Shown in pieces: positions 41,404 through 52,060 of a stretch of 64,000 bases of DNA. Within the stretch, counting starts at the first letter, position 1, and every line of letters starts with the position of its first letter. This DNA is from Dehalococcoidia bacterium (GTDB lineage: Bacteria; Chloroflexota; Dehalococcoidia; Plut-88900), in the NCBI GenBank assembly GCA_965197585.1, contig OZ240215.1, positions 1,312,001 through 1,376,000 on the forward strand, read 5' to 3'. The notes beneath the pieces are model-generated. The model was given only the letters and a program-made list of their open reading frames with translations. It made no database searches and had not been told where the DNA came from. The position numbers were made by a program, and so were the translations under genes.

Positions 41404-42783
41404 ATGAAGAACATCTGCAAATATCCGGGCAAGGGCCTGACCCTGCGCAAGGGCATTTTGGCCCTCTTCGCAGTCCTGGCCCTTGCCTTACTTATCGCAG
41501 CCGCCTGTGGCGAAGCCGCAACCGTAACGCCGGAAGCAATGCCGGATGAGCCCACCGCCATGGCGGACGAGCCTACCGCTGTGGCAGATGAACCCACTGC
41601 CATAGCAGATGAACCCACTGCCATGGCAGATGAACCTACCGCTATGCCTGTGCCCACTGCCATGACGGAAGCTGGCGCCAGGCTGAGGTCCGAGTGGACC
41701 GTCGATAACCCGGCCACCCGTGAAGAGATTGAAGCCGAGCTAGCGAAGTACCGCGGCAGGAGCATCGTGTTCAGCTCCTGGGGCGGCGCCTACCAGTCCG
41801 CACAGCGCCAGGCATACGGCGTACCCTTTGCCGAACAGTTCGGTATTGAGATCATCGATGACAGTCAGCCCACCGTCGGCAGGGTCCGGGCCATGCAGGA
41901 GTCAGGCAACGTTGCATGGCACGTCTTCGACACCGGCGGCGGCTCCATCCATGCCCTGGCCAATGGCGGCTCCCTCGAAGAGCTGGACTTCAGCATCATT
42001 GACACCCGGGACTTCCTGGAAGTCCTTAAAGCTCCCTACATCGGTGGTGGCGGCATCACCTGGTCCGAGACCTGGGCCTACAACACAGACATCTACCCAG
42101 AGGGCTCCCAACCCCAGAACATGGCTGACATCTACGACACCGAGAAATTCCCGGGACGCCGTTCCTGGAGCCAGTTCCCGGACGCTGAGATAGTTTTCGC
42201 CCTGCTGTCTGAAAATCCTGACCTCATAAACAGCGCCGAGGGCAGAGCCAGTCTCTCAGCGCCCAACGAAGAGCAAGTAGACCGCGCCTTCGAGCTTTTT
42301 GAAGAGTACCGGGACCAGCCAAACATCTTCTGGACCACAGGGTCCGACTGCCCGCAGTTCCTTCTCAGCGGCGAAGCCGACCTGTGCACCAACTGGAACG
42401 GACGCATCTACGACGCCGCCAAAGAAGGTGCACCTCTAAAGATCTGCTGGGAATGCGGACACGTCCTGAACACAGACGGTTGGGGCATCATCAAGGGCCT
42501 CAAGGAGCAGGACCCCGAGACCTTCGAGCTAACACAGCTGTATATGGCCTGGACCTCCTTCCCGGAGATCAACTCCCGGATGGCCCAGTTCATCACCTAC
42601 GGCCCCGTCAACACCAAGGCGTTGGCAGCCCTGTCTGACCCCATCTACGATGAAGTCAGAGACGAGCTTCCTTCCTCGCCCACCAACATCCCATACGCCG
42701 TTATCAACAATGAAGTGCACCGGGCCGCAAACCTGGACGCTTGGCGTGAGAGATACGAGGCTTGGAAAGGCACACTGAATTAG
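41404..42783 (+). CDS. ABC solute-binding lipoprotein, paralog 2
   Basis: Same motifs as paralog 1; N-terminus nearly identical. Confidence 0.88.
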   Translation: MKNICKYPGKGLTLRKGILALFAVLALALLIAAACGEAATVTPEAMPDEPTAMADEPTAVADEPTAIADEPTAMADEPTAMPVPTAMTEAGARLRSEWTVDNPATREEIEAELAKYRGRSIVFSSWGGAYQSAQRQAYGVPFAEQFGIEIIDDSQPTVGRVRAMQESGNVAWHVFDTGGGSIHALANGGSLEELDFSIIDTRDFLEVLKAPYIGGGGITWSETWAYNTDIYPEGSQPQNMADIYDTEKFPGRRSWSQFPDAEIVFALLSENPDLINSAEGRASLSAPNEEQVDRAFELFEEYRDQPNIFWTTGSDCPQFLLSGEADLCTNWNGRIYDAAKEGAPLKICWECGHVLNTDGWGIIKGLKEQDPETFELTQLYMAWTSFPEINSRMAQFITYGPVNTKALAALSDPIYDEVRDELPSSPTNIPYAVINNEVHRAANLDAWRERYEAWKGTLN

Positions 42784-42799
42784 TCTAGTTTGACATTGC

Positions 42800-42852
42800 A
42801 GGCGCCCCCCGGCAGGACTCCAAGCCTACGGGGGGCGCCTCTGTTTTTGTTT
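42800..42852 (+). terminator. Intrinsic terminator after SBP2
   Basis: aggcgcccccc...ggggggcgcct followed by a T-rich tract. Confidence 0.75.
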
Positions 42853-42941
42853 CAATGCTCTTGAAGAAAGGAGGAGTTTGCCACTGGTATTTTTGCAACC
42901 AATAGTATATGTTTTGTTGAATTAGAGTGAGGAGAGGAACT

Positions 42942-44333
42942 ATGACGATTGATGAAAAGCGTCTCCGCAGAGGCTCGATCTCTGGGAGGCGCTTATTCGT
43001 ACTTTTTACAGTGTTCACCCTTGCCCTGCTTATCGCAGCCGCCTGTGGCGAAGCCGCAACGGCAACGCCTGAAGCAATGCCGGATGAACCCACCCCCACG
43101 GCGATGATGGAAGAGGAGCCGGATGACGCAATGCCGGAACCCACGGCCGTGATGGAGGATGAGGAGCCGGATGATGCAATGCCGGAACCCACCGCAACTG
43201 CGGAAGCGATGGAAGAAACTGGCATCAGACCGAGGTCCGAGTGGACAGTCGATAACCCGGCCACCCGCGAGGAAATCGAAGCTGAGCTCCAAAAATATCG
43301 TGGTAGGAGCCTCGTGTTCAGTTCCTGGGGCGGCGCCTACCAGTCGGCCCAGCGCCAGGCCTACCTCATTCCCTTCAATGACCAGTTCGGCATTGAGGTC
43401 ATCGAAGATAGCACTCCGCTCCTCGGCAGGGTCCGGGCCATGCAGGCGTCGGGCAACATCGCCTGGCACGTATTTGACCAAGGTACGGGTACAATACACA
43501 ATCTCGGGAGGAACGGCTCCCTGGAAGACCTGGACTTCAGCGTAATTGACAACCGGGACTTCCTGGAAGTACTGAAGGCTCCCTACACCGCTGGTGGTGG
43601 CATCACCTGGTCCGAGACCTGGGCCTACAACTCCGATGTATACCCCGAGGGCAACCGGCCGACAATTATGTCCGACTTCTACGACACCGAGAAGTTTCCC
43701 GGCCGACGTGCCTGGGCCTACTACCCTCACCTCGAGATGAAGTTCGTGATTCTTGCCCAGAACCCGGAATTGCTCAACACATTCGAGGGAAGGGCCAGTC
43801 TGTCTGCTCTTAATCCCGAACAGGTGGACCGTGCATTCGAGCTCTTTGACGAATACGCGGACCAGATCGACCTGATATGGCAGACCGGCTCCGATTGCCC
43901 TCAGCTCCTGATAAGCGGCGATCTGGACATGTGCACCAATTGGAATGGCCGCATCTTCGATGCCGTCAGGGAAGGTGCACCCATCAATATCTGCTGGGAG
44001 TGCGGTCACCTCCTCAACACCGACGGGTGGGGCATCATCAAGGGCCTGAAAGATCAGGACCCCGAGGCCTTCGAGTTGGCCCAGCTGTTCATGGCCTGGA
44101 CTTCCTTACCGGAAATTAACGCTCGCATCTCTCAGTTCATCACCTACGGGCCGATAAACATCAAGTCTTTGTCTGCCCTTGACGCCCCTGAGTACGACGA
44201 AGTCAGGGATGAGCTTCCGTCATCTTCGGCCAACATCCCCTTCGCCATCCTAAATGACGAAGAGCATGCCGCTATCCATGATGACGAATGGCGGGAAAGG
44301 TACGCGGGGTTCATACAGACCTTGGGTCAGTAG
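42942..44333 (+). CDS. ABC solute-binding lipoprotein, paralog 3
   Basis: Same motifs; EPDDAMPEPTA linker. Confidence 0.88.
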   Translation: MTIDEKRLRRGSISGRRLFVLFTVFTLALLIAAACGEAATATPEAMPDEPTPTAMMEEEPDDAMPEPTAVMEDEEPDDAMPEPTATAEAMEETGIRPRSEWTVDNPATREEIEAELQKYRGRSLVFSSWGGAYQSAQRQAYLIPFNDQFGIEVIEDSTPLLGRVRAMQASGNIAWHVFDQGTGTIHNLGRNGSLEDLDFSVIDNRDFLEVLKAPYTAGGGITWSETWAYNSDVYPEGNRPTIMSDFYDTEKFPGRRAWAYYPHLEMKFVILAQNPELLNTFEGRASLSALNPEQVDRAFELFDEYADQIDLIWQTGSDCPQLLISGDLDMCTNWNGRIFDAVREGAPINICWECGHLLNTDGWGIIKGLKDQDPEAFELAQLFMAWTSLPEINARISQFITYGPINIKSLSALDAPEYDEVRDELPSSSANIPFAILNDEEHAAIHDDEWRERYAGFIQTLGQ

Positions 44334-44375
44334 TCCGGCGTAACATACGCTCACTATGTCCTAAAACGGCTAACT

Positions 44376-44410
44376 AGAGGGCGCACCGGCAGTGCCGGTG
44401 CGCCCTCTCA
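44376..44410. terminator. Bidirectional hairpin between SBP3 and the epoxide hydrolase
   Basis: agagggcgcaccggc-agt-gccggtgcgccctct. Confidence 0.8.
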
Positions 44411-44433
44411 GTTTGTAGGGTGCACTCCCCGTA

Positions 44434-45582
44434 TCAGCGAAATCCCCGGAAGAACTCCCGCATGTCCTCAGCTAGCCCATGAGGCGCCTCCATCGCCGCA
44501 AAGTGACCACCCTTGGGGAACTCCGTCCACCTCTGCACGTTATACGTTCGCTCCGCCCACTCCTTAACCGGTCGGTCCAGCTCCTCCGGGAACACCGCCA
44601 CGGCCGTCGGAACCCCTATCCCCTCTCCCTGGCTAAGGCGCCACCTGTCCTTCCGGGTCTCATAATATATCCGCGTGGACGCGTTAATCGTCTCCGTGAC
44701 CCAGTACAGAGTAATGTTTGTCAGTATCTGGTCCTTGGTGTAGACACTTTCAATGTCGCCGCTGCAATCGCTCCAGGAGCGCCATTTCTCTACTATCCAA
44801 GCCGCCAAACCCGCTGGAGAGTCGTTCAGTCCATAGGCCAGGGTCTGAGGTTTTGTCCCCTGTATGTGTCCATACGCACCCTCGTCCCGTTCCCATTGTT
44901 CGATCTCTTGGAGATATTGCTTTTCTGCATCAGACAGAGGCCGGGACCCGGGCCCCAGATAAGGGCTTCCACCCAGAATCATGTTGATATGGATGGCTTT
45001 CACTTTATCCGAGTGGCTGAACCCCAGTCTCGATGATATAGAAGCTCCCCAGTCTCCCCCCTGAGCCACGTAGCTTTCGTAGCCGATCTGGCTCATCAAC
45101 TTTGCAAACACGTCGGCCATGCCGTTGACACCCATCCCAGGAACCGAGGGCTTCTCCGAAAATCCGTACCCCGGCATTGAGGGCGCAACCACGTCGAACG
45201 AGTCCCTTTCGTCGCCGCCGTGGGCCGCGGGGTCGGTTAACAGGGGTATGAAGTCCAGAAACTCGACTATCGACCCCGGCCAACCGTGGATCAACAGCAA
45301 GGGCAATGGGTCGGGCCCTTTACCCCGTTCGTGGATGTAGTGCACGTCCAAACCATCCACTTCGTCAACGTATTGCGAGTAGCCGTTGATCACTTCCTCT
45401 TGCTTTCGCCAGTCGAACTCCTCGATCCAGTAGTCCACTAGCTCCTTCACGTATGCCAGGTTGGACCCGTAGTCCCACCCCGACCCCGGGATCTCGTCCG
45501 GCCAGCGCGTCCTCTTCAGCCGCTCCCGCAGATCTGTTAGAACATCTTCCTTTATGTCGACTCTAAACGGCCTGATAGCCAT
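44434..45582 (-). CDS. Epoxide hydrolase (microsomal/EHN type)
   Basis: RPFRVD..DLRERL..TRWP, HGWPGS, PSMPGYGFS, QGGDWG, GGHFAAME. Confidence 0.94.
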   Translation of the reverse strand: MAIRPFRVDIKEDVLTDLRERLKRTRWPDEIPGSGWDYGSNLAYVKELVDYWIEEFDWRKQEEVINGYSQYVDEVDGLDVHYIHERGKGPDPLPLLLIHGWPGSIVEFLDFIPLLTDPAAHGGDERDSFDVVAPSMPGYGFSEKPSVPGMGVNGMADVFAKLMSQIGYESYVAQGGDWGASISSRLGFSHSDKVKAIHINMILGGSPYLGPGSRPLSDAEKQYLQEIEQWERDEGAYGHIQGTKPQTLAYGLNDSPAGLAAWIVEKWRSWSDCSGDIESVYTKDQILTNITLYWVTETINASTRIYYETRKDRWRLSQGEGIGVPTAVAVFPEELDRPVKEWAERTYNVQRWTEFPKGGHFAAMEAPHGLAEDMREFFRGFR

Positions 45583-45617
45583 GATCGTCCTCCGGAATTT
45601 GCATTGCCCGCATTTCT

Positions 45618-45815
45618 TCATTCATCACAGTTGGATTCGAGGGCCACTATCGTATCCACAAGCCTGCCCGCCCATTCCCTCAGCTCCTCTTCGATATCCG
45701 CTCCACAGTGGGCGCAGTCCAGGTCCCCGAATCGGAGGTTTATGCCGCAATCTCGGCACTCGGGTCTCTCGGACAATATTCTGAAAACTGTCTGAATCTG
45801 GGTCTCGGTAGCCAT
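45618..45815 (-). CDS. Small zinc-ribbon protein (CxxC...CxxC)
   Basis: CRDC and CAHC motifs; GAGGG RBS; co-directional with the epoxide hydrolase. Confidence 0.6.
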   Translation of the reverse strand: MATETQIQTVFRILSERPECRDCGINLRFGDLDCAHCGADIEEELREWAGRLVDTIVALESNCDE

Positions 45816-46000
45816 TTTCCCTCACTGCTGTCGTTGGTCAAGTCTGATGTCGGATGATTATCTTATACCACGCTCTCCATCGTAGGGCCCTTGCTCCCAA
45901 TGCCAGTACAACGGGCATCCCATTTGATGATATGATATCAAGTAACCAATTCTCATTCCGCTTCACCTGCTTCTCCCCCAAGGATTTCCACAAGCCAACT

Positions 46001-47743
46001 ATGCTCATCCCGCTTCAAAGGCTCTTGTCCCGTGACCGGTTCATAAACGGCAATACGGACAAAAGACTACTTCTCTTCAAGATCCGTCAGCAGGGCATTT
46101 ACCCCGCCCTGGCCCTTCCCGCTCTGCTTCTAATGGTCCTCTTCTTCATCATCCCACTGGTCAGAATGGTGGACGTCAGCTTCGGTGGGAATGACGGCTT
46201 CTCCCTCGCCTACTACGACAAGGCCCTGACTAACCCCATCTACCAGAGGATGTTCCGCACCACCTTCGAACTGGCTGCTTTTACCACCGTCGGTTGCATC
46301 GCTCTCGGATACCCCATCGCCTACTTTCTTGCCACCCGCACGGGCCGTTGGCACGGCGCAGTTCTCCTAATAGCCATAATTCCATTCATTACTAACTCCA
46401 TTGCGAGCGTCTACTCCTGGCGCGTGATATTCGGTAGACGCGGTCCCGTAAACGAGTTCTTGCAGCTCATCGGAGTAATAGATGACCCACTTGAAATACT
46501 CTGGAGCCGTTTCGCAGTAGAAGTCGGCATGATCCAGATTCTCCTTCCCTTCATGATTCTCCCACTCTACGCCGTCATGCGAAGTATCCCCAAGAGCCTT
46601 ACAGCCGTCGCCGAAAGTATGGGCGCCCATCCGATAAAGAGCTTCCGGCATATATTCCTTCCCCTGAGCCTTCCAGGAATCTGGGCCGGGTCCATTCTTG
46701 TGTTTATACTCAGCGCAGGCAGCGCCATCGCCCCGAGCATCCTGGGCGGCATCCGGGACCAGGGCATAGCTTCCTATCTGGCCGGAACCAGCGGATTCAG
46801 CGCTGCTCTTGCCGTGATCCTCCTTACCGCTATCCTCATCCTGTACATGATTTTCGCCCGGCTGGTCGGGTTCGGCTCCCTATATGGTGCCGGTGAGGCC
46901 CTCCTCCGCTCCTCTCCCATCGAGATCTCCTACCGCGCACCGCGGCGCATTTCTTTGAATGTCATGGTCGGGGCAGTTTGCATTTTTCTGGTCCTGCCCA
47001 GCCTCATAGTCATTCCCCTCGCCTTCAATGAGTCTTCTTTCGTCATTTTCCCTCCAAAGTCCTATAGTTTGGTCTGGATCAAAACCTTCTTCACTACCAG
47101 CGTAATCAGCCCCGTCAACTGGGTGGAGTCTACCTTCACCAGCCTCCAACTTGCCTTTATCACAGTCTTGGTCTCCGTGCCCGCCGGAGGCCTGGTCGCC
47201 TACGGAATTGCGCGAGGCTCCTTCCCGGGCCGCGGCTTTCTTGGTTCCTTTATAATCCTGCCCCTCATAATCCCCTCGACCCTCACTGCCATCGCTCTTT
47301 TCTACTTCTACTCCTTCCACATGCGGATACTTGTCGGCACCGTCATTGGCATAGCCATGCCCCACGCCGTTCTGGCAATACCCTATGTCGTCATCATCCT
47401 CACCGCCACCCTCCGAGGCGTCGACGAGGTCCACGAGCAGGCTGCCATGAGCCTCGGCGCTAATCGATTCACCGCTTTCCGGAGGGTTATCCTGCCCCAG
47501 ATAGTGCCCGGCATTACCGTTGCCACCTTTTTCGCGTTCATGGTCTCCTTCTACGAGGTGCCAATAGCCGTGTTCCTCAAGGACCCGTTCCTCAGGACCC
47601 TTCCCATGAATTTGTGGAACGGCGTAACCGTGGAATTTGCCCCTATGATGGCCGCGGTCTCTTTCATCCTCTTGATTTTCGCTGCTTTCATGCTTATAGG
47701 CTTGGTCTTTTTTAGAAGTCGCCTCTTTAAGCAGCGGACCTAA
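46001..47743 (+). CDS. Fused double ABC permease (PotB+PotC-like)
   Basis: Two BPD_transp_1 modules with EAA-like loops (VAESMGAHP, EQAAMSLGANR). Confidence 0.88.
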   Translation: MLIPLQRLLSRDRFINGNTDKRLLLFKIRQQGIYPALALPALLLMVLFFIIPLVRMVDVSFGGNDGFSLAYYDKALTNPIYQRMFRTTFELAAFTTVGCIALGYPIAYFLATRTGRWHGAVLLIAIIPFITNSIASVYSWRVIFGRRGPVNEFLQLIGVIDDPLEILWSRFAVEVGMIQILLPFMILPLYAVMRSIPKSLTAVAESMGAHPIKSFRHIFLPLSLPGIWAGSILVFILSAGSAIAPSILGGIRDQGIASYLAGTSGFSAALAVILLTAILILYMIFARLVGFGSLYGAGEALLRSSPIEISYRAPRRISLNVMVGAVCIFLVLPSLIVIPLAFNESSFVIFPPKSYSLVWIKTFFTTSVISPVNWVESTFTSLQLAFITVLVSVPAGGLVAYGIARGSFPGRGFLGSFIILPLIIPSTLTAIALFYFYSFHMRILVGTVIGIAMPHAVLAIPYVVIILTATLRGVDEVHEQAAMSLGANRFTAFRRVILPQIVPGITVATFFAFMVSFYEVPIAVFLKDPFLRTLPMNLWNGVTVEFAPMMAAVSFILLIFAAFMLIGLVFFRSRLFKQRT

Positions 47744-47777
47744 AGCCGGCGATGAGATAGCAGTCCGGGAGGACACC

Positions 47778-48194
47778 ATGGACTACAACGATGCCCTCGC
47801 CTTTCTATCAGCCAACTTCGACGCCGTCGTCAACACCTTCAGAAAGTCCGGCGCCATCCAGTCCAGTGTGGTAAAGGCCGGGGCCTATCAGAACGGTGTC
47901 GTCTTCGTTGCCATCGGCAACTCGGCAAAGCTGAAAAATCTTGCCCGAGACCCCCGATGCACCGTCACCATCGTTAGTCCCCACTGGAACAGCTGGTGCG
48001 CCGTAGAAGGGAAGGTGGTGATTCGGGACTGGGACAACACAGACCACGAATCCCTTCGCATCGAACTACGTGAGACGTTCGTAGCCTGCGGGGGCGACCA
48101 CGATGACTGGGATGAGTACGACCGTGTGATGCGTGAAGACCGCCGAGCCATCGTAGTGGTCAAACCCGACCACATCTACGGACAGGGAGTTTAG
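47778..48194 (+). CDS. PPOX-class (likely F420-dependent) oxidoreductase
   Basis: T.RKSGAIQSS.V, AKLKNLARDPRCT, HDDWDEYDRVMREDRR. Confidence 0.85.
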   Translation: MDYNDALAFLSANFDAVVNTFRKSGAIQSSVVKAGAYQNGVVFVAIGNSAKLKNLARDPRCTVTIVSPHWNSWCAVEGKVVIRDWDNTDHESLRIELRETFVACGGDHDDWDEYDRVMREDRRAIVVVKPDHIYGQGV

Positions 48195-48214
48195 GGAGGC
48201 AGGGCCAGTTTCGC

Positions 48215-49114
48215 CTAACCGAGTAGGTTGAGGGCCTTCGGCACTACCGATATTTCCGCAGGGGTCTCAGCCACCCGCTCTCCGTCTGCCCAGATGGGCA
48301 TCGGCGCCTCGGTCTCTACCTTTAGCCTCTTTACTCGGTGCATGGAAACCGCCGGGTTCTTTAGATGGCCGCCGCTGAAGACCCGGGGTAACATCATCAC
48401 CACCTCCCGCCTCGAAACCGATTTCACCAGGCAGACATCCAACATCCCGTCTTCCGGCTCGGCTCCCGGCGCTATCTTCATGTTCCCGCCGTACTGAGGT
48501 GTATTGGCAGTCGCCGTCAGGAATATTCTGCCCGAGTATTCGAAGTCTTCTCCGATTAGATGTACCTTTGCATCCTTGTATCGAAGCAGCTGGGCAAAGA
48601 TCGCATAAACGTAAGACGGCGTTCCCGAAAGTATGCGAGGCACGTGCCCGTCCGCAACGTACTGGCTCACCGCACTGTCGAATCCTAGAGTAGCTACCGT
48701 CGCGAAGTACCTGTGCCCGACTGAGCCCAAGTCTATCTGTCTCGAATCGCCGGCTAAAATCAGATCAGCTACGCCCTCGGGGGTATTGGGGAGATCCATC
48801 GCCGCGGCAAAATCGTTGCACCTGCCGGCAGGTATGATCCCAACGATAACTTCCGAGGCCAAAGAGTGATCCATCACTCCGTTGATCACTTCGTGCAGAG
48901 TCCCGTCTCCTCCGCAGGCCAGCACCCCAACACTTCCCTCCTCTACCGCCTTTCGCGCGAGTCTTTCTGCATCCCCAGAACGAGACGTGTACAGGACCTG
49001 GTTAGACACCTCAGCCGACGTCAGCAGCATCCCAGTCTGTGCTGCAAGGGCCCGACTCCTCCCTTTGCCCGACACAGGGTTAGCCACAATGGTCCATTTG
49101 GCCCCATTCCCCAT
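48215..49114 (-). CDS. Diacylglycerol/lipid kinase (YegS/DgkB family)
   Basis: NPVSGKG, GGDGTLHEVING, PAGRCNDFA, YGGNMKIAP, DGMLDV, DGE. Confidence 0.93.
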   Translation of the reverse strand: MGNGAKWTIVANPVSGKGRSRALAAQTGMLLTSAEVSNQVLYTSRSGDAERLARKAVEEGSVGVLACGGDGTLHEVINGVMDHSLASEVIVGIIPAGRCNDFAAAMDLPNTPEGVADLILAGDSRQIDLGSVGHRYFATVATLGFDSAVSQYVADGHVPRILSGTPSYVYAIFAQLLRYKDAKVHLIGEDFEYSGRIFLTATANTPQYGGNMKIAPGAEPEDGMLDVCLVKSVSRREVVMMLPRVFSGGHLKNPAVSMHRVKRLKVETEAPMPIWADGERVAETPAEISVVPKALNLLG

Positions 49115-49117
49115 GCT

Positions 49118-50704
49118 TTACGTCACGTCGCAAAGGAAGATTGGCGGATAATGGTACAGTGATACCTCGGGAGACGGTCCTACCGTGTCCTTTGCCATCT
49201 CCAATGCCGTCGCTACGTCCGGCGCGGTCTCGTAGCCCAGCCGCTCGGCCACCGACTTGTCTTTCGCCCCCGCCACGATAACCCGGCCCAGGTACTCCTG
49301 CCCATAGCACGCCCAGTACCACATGTATAAGGGATGGACACCGTGATACGCGTACGATTCCCGGTACAGCTTCCGATACCGCTCGTCCGAGGCATAAGAA
49401 GCTTCAAACCTCTTCTCAATCTCAGCCGCGTCCCGGGTCTCGGGCAGAATGTTGTTGTAAAAATCGATATACGAGGGGTGGTGCAATGAGTTGAATCGCT
49501 CCTCCAGCGGGTGCGAAAACACCAGTACCCCGCCCCGCCTCACCAATGGCTTCCCCCGGTACATGTTAAAGCTGTAGCCGAGCGCGAGCGTGTGGATTAG
49601 CAGCGGATTCAGCAGCGAGTTCACGTTGTACGGGCAGAGATAAGGAAGGCCCATTACCACCACGTCGGCCTGGCCCTCCACCGGTACTGCCTGCTGCTTG
49701 AATAGACTCGTCAATATCTTCTCATGTACCAAGTCCGTGTCCCCCGCCGCGACATCCAGCAGTCCATATGGCGAGCGCAGGTTCTGGAATATCTGCCATC
49801 TTAAATAGAACGGCAAGATGTCCAGTGCCCTACGGTTGACCCCGAATGTCACCTTGTCTATGGCATTCCAGTCTGACTCCTGCTTTTGCAGGTGTGCCAA
49901 TATCGACGGAAACGTGTTCGAGGTAAGGGAAGTCTCTATCTTGAAGACGTTCAGATTCTTGGATACCACCTCTCCCATCCCATTTACCGAGTTATGCAAC
50001 GCGGACCGTGTCGGGTCCATGTATGACTCGCACCGCATCAGTGTATGCACATTGTGGTTGTGCCTGATGGTCTTGTAACTCACCAGTCCCGTGCTGATCG
50101 ACTTATGCCCACCATCCATCGAAGAGAGGTTGATGTTCACGTAAATCAACAGATCAGACTCCGCCACCCTATTCGATGTTTCCACCTCCTCACCCTTCTC
50201 AGTCATCCCGAGCACCACCAGGTCCTCCTCGTCCTCCGCATCAAAGTTGTACAACCTGTCAGGGTGGAATTCGTTGAATACCCTCTTGCCCACAGCCCGC
50301 TTTAGCTCGGAAGGAGTCATACGCCGATGTAGCCCCAGCGCGGCTACAAGGTGTACATCCTCGACACCATTCTCTCTCAACGTTCGAAGCACCGCTTCGA
50401 TGATCCTCTGGCGCAAGTCGGGCCTCTTCATCTGCGGCAGAGGCAGAGATATATCATCAAAAGCGATGGTTACCTTCATACCGGGCCGAAGCTGGTGGGA
50501 CAACGGGTCCTGACCCAAGGGGTTCTCTAATGCCTCAGCTATCGCCCCGTCCGCGTCTTCAATAGAGGGAAGGGCAGGCGGAGGATAGATTATGCGGCTC
50601 CCCACCGGCAGCTCCTCGAACCGGAATGCCTCCCCATGATGCATCAGGAATCGCTGTCCGGGCTTCTCAACCCGTTTAATCAACTTGCTCTTATCTATTT
50701 CCAA
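49118..50704 (-). CDS. Lactate racemase (LarA/DUF2088) domain protein, elb-cluster type
   Basis: ALENPLG..PL, KVTIAFDDISLP, ALGLHRRMT, DGGHKS, RRGGVL; TTG start after AAGGGA. Confidence 0.8.
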   Translation of the reverse strand: MEIDKSKLIKRVEKPGQRFLMHHGEAFRFEELPVGSRIIYPPPALPSIEDADGAIAEALENPLGQDPLSHQLRPGMKVTIAFDDISLPLPQMKRPDLRQRIIEAVLRTLRENGVEDVHLVAALGLHRRMTPSELKRAVGKRVFNEFHPDRLYNFDAEDEEDLVVLGMTEKGEEVETSNRVAESDLLIYVNINLSSMDGGHKSISTGLVSYKTIRHNHNVHTLMRCESYMDPTRSALHNSVNGMGEVVSKNLNVFKIETSLTSNTFPSILAHLQKQESDWNAIDKVTFGVNRRALDILPFYLRWQIFQNLRSPYGLLDVAAGDTDLVHEKILTSLFKQQAVPVEGQADVVVMGLPYLCPYNVNSLLNPLLIHTLALGYSFNMYRGKPLVRRGGVLVFSHPLEERFNSLHHPSYIDFYNNILPETRDAAEIEKRFEASYASDERYRKLYRESYAYHGVHPLYMWYWACYGQEYLGRVIVAGAKDKSVAERLGYETAPDVATALEMAKDTVGPSPEVSLYHYPPIFLCDVT

Positions 50705-50756
50705 TACAGTTCCCTTATATCTCAGTGGCCTTCGCCGTAAGTGTAGCAAGCCCCGG

Positions 50757-51998
50757 TTAGTCGGGAAAGGTGAACACCATCTTTCCGCCCCCCAGCCTCC
50801 CCGCCCGACCCGCTTTCACAATTGCTTCCCGGTACCGCTTAATGGGAAACCTGTGACTCACTAGCCTCGACACCCCGGAACGGAAGTTTCCGTCCTTCAT
50901 GAGGTGTTTGGCCAGTTCGAACGTCTTCATCTCTTTGTCCACGGTCCGCTCTATCCCGTAAGCGTAAGAGCCTGTAAATCGCACCTCCTGGTGCCACAGG
51001 GGCGTCAGGTCGGCCTTCGCATCAGACGGCATTCCCAGGGCCACGAGCGTCCCGTTCTCCATCGTCCACCTCATTGCATCTTCCAGCGCTGCCGACGTGC
51101 CAACACACTCGAACACTACGGGAAACCCGCCCGAAACAGCCGGCTTCCCCCGAATGACCGACAGCACCTTCGCCCCGACCTCATCCGACAGCTGCGCATA
51201 TCCCCCCACACCAGCATCACATACCACGTTAGCTCCCAAGTCCATGGCCTTACGCTTCTGTGATTCGTATTTGGCCACAGCCACTATCCGGCATTCCGGT
51301 TGTAATGCTCTCAGAGCTGCAATGGTCAGCAATCCAACTACACCACACCCGACCACGAGCACGGGCCCCAACCCTTCTATCCCGGCCCTAAGCACTCCGT
51401 GAATAGCACACGATAGCGGCTCCAACAGCACTGTTGCTTCGTCCGAAAAGTGATCCGGCACTCGGTGCAGCTGCGCTGTGTGCGCCACGAACCGTTCTCC
51501 CCAGCCCCCCGGCAAGCTTCGGCAATACCCGATCTGCAGCCCCGCCGAAAATTCCCCTTCCGTGGTCCGTACGCAGTTAGCATACCGTCCCGCTGCACAT
51601 TGAGGGCACAAGTCGGGCATCCCCCTGACCGTGCAGCCTAAAGCCGGTTCGATTGCCACCCTTTCTCCTACCTGGAACTCTTTAACCCCTTCCCCCACCT
51701 CAATTATCTCCGCCACAACCTCGTGGCCCGGGACAAGCGGAAATGACGTAAAACCAGATAGATACAGGCTCCCCCTGCACATCACCACTACCAGGTCAGA
51801 CCCACAGATCCCACTCATAATCGTGCGCACCTTGACCCAATCTGGGCCCGGCAGCGCTGGCTCCTGCACGTCCTTCATCCGCAAAACAGCAGTCGGGCCC
51901 AAAGACAACCGTGGGAACCGTTTGGAAAGCGCCCTGGTCACCAGCCACCGTGGAATACTCTTGGAAACAACTAATGCCTTCACAGAAATCCGTCTCAT
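50757..51998 (-). CDS. Zinc-binding alcohol dehydrogenase (MDR family)
   Basis: SGICGSD, PGHEVV, CPQC..G....C, EPLSCAIH, VVGCGVVG. Confidence 0.92.
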   Translation of the reverse strand: MRRISVKALVVSKSIPRWLVTRALSKRFPRLSLGPTAVLRMKDVQEPALPGPDWVKVRTIMSGICGSDLVVVMCRGSLYLSGFTSFPLVPGHEVVAEIIEVGEGVKEFQVGERVAIEPALGCTVRGMPDLCPQCAAGRYANCVRTTEGEFSAGLQIGYCRSLPGGWGERFVAHTAQLHRVPDHFSDEATVLLEPLSCAIHGVLRAGIEGLGPVLVVGCGVVGLLTIAALRALQPECRIVAVAKYESQKRKAMDLGANVVCDAGVGGYAQLSDEVGAKVLSVIRGKPAVSGGFPVVFECVGTSAALEDAMRWTMENGTLVALGMPSDAKADLTPLWHQEVRFTGSYAYGIERTVDKEMKTFELAKHLMKDGNFRSGVSRLVSHRFPIKRYREAIVKAGRAGRLGGGKMVFTFPD

Positions 51999-52060
51999 CC
52001 CCTCTCCCTCGATGGGAGAGGACTAGGGCCGTATGCTCGCTGAGGAGTGTGAGGGTATCT

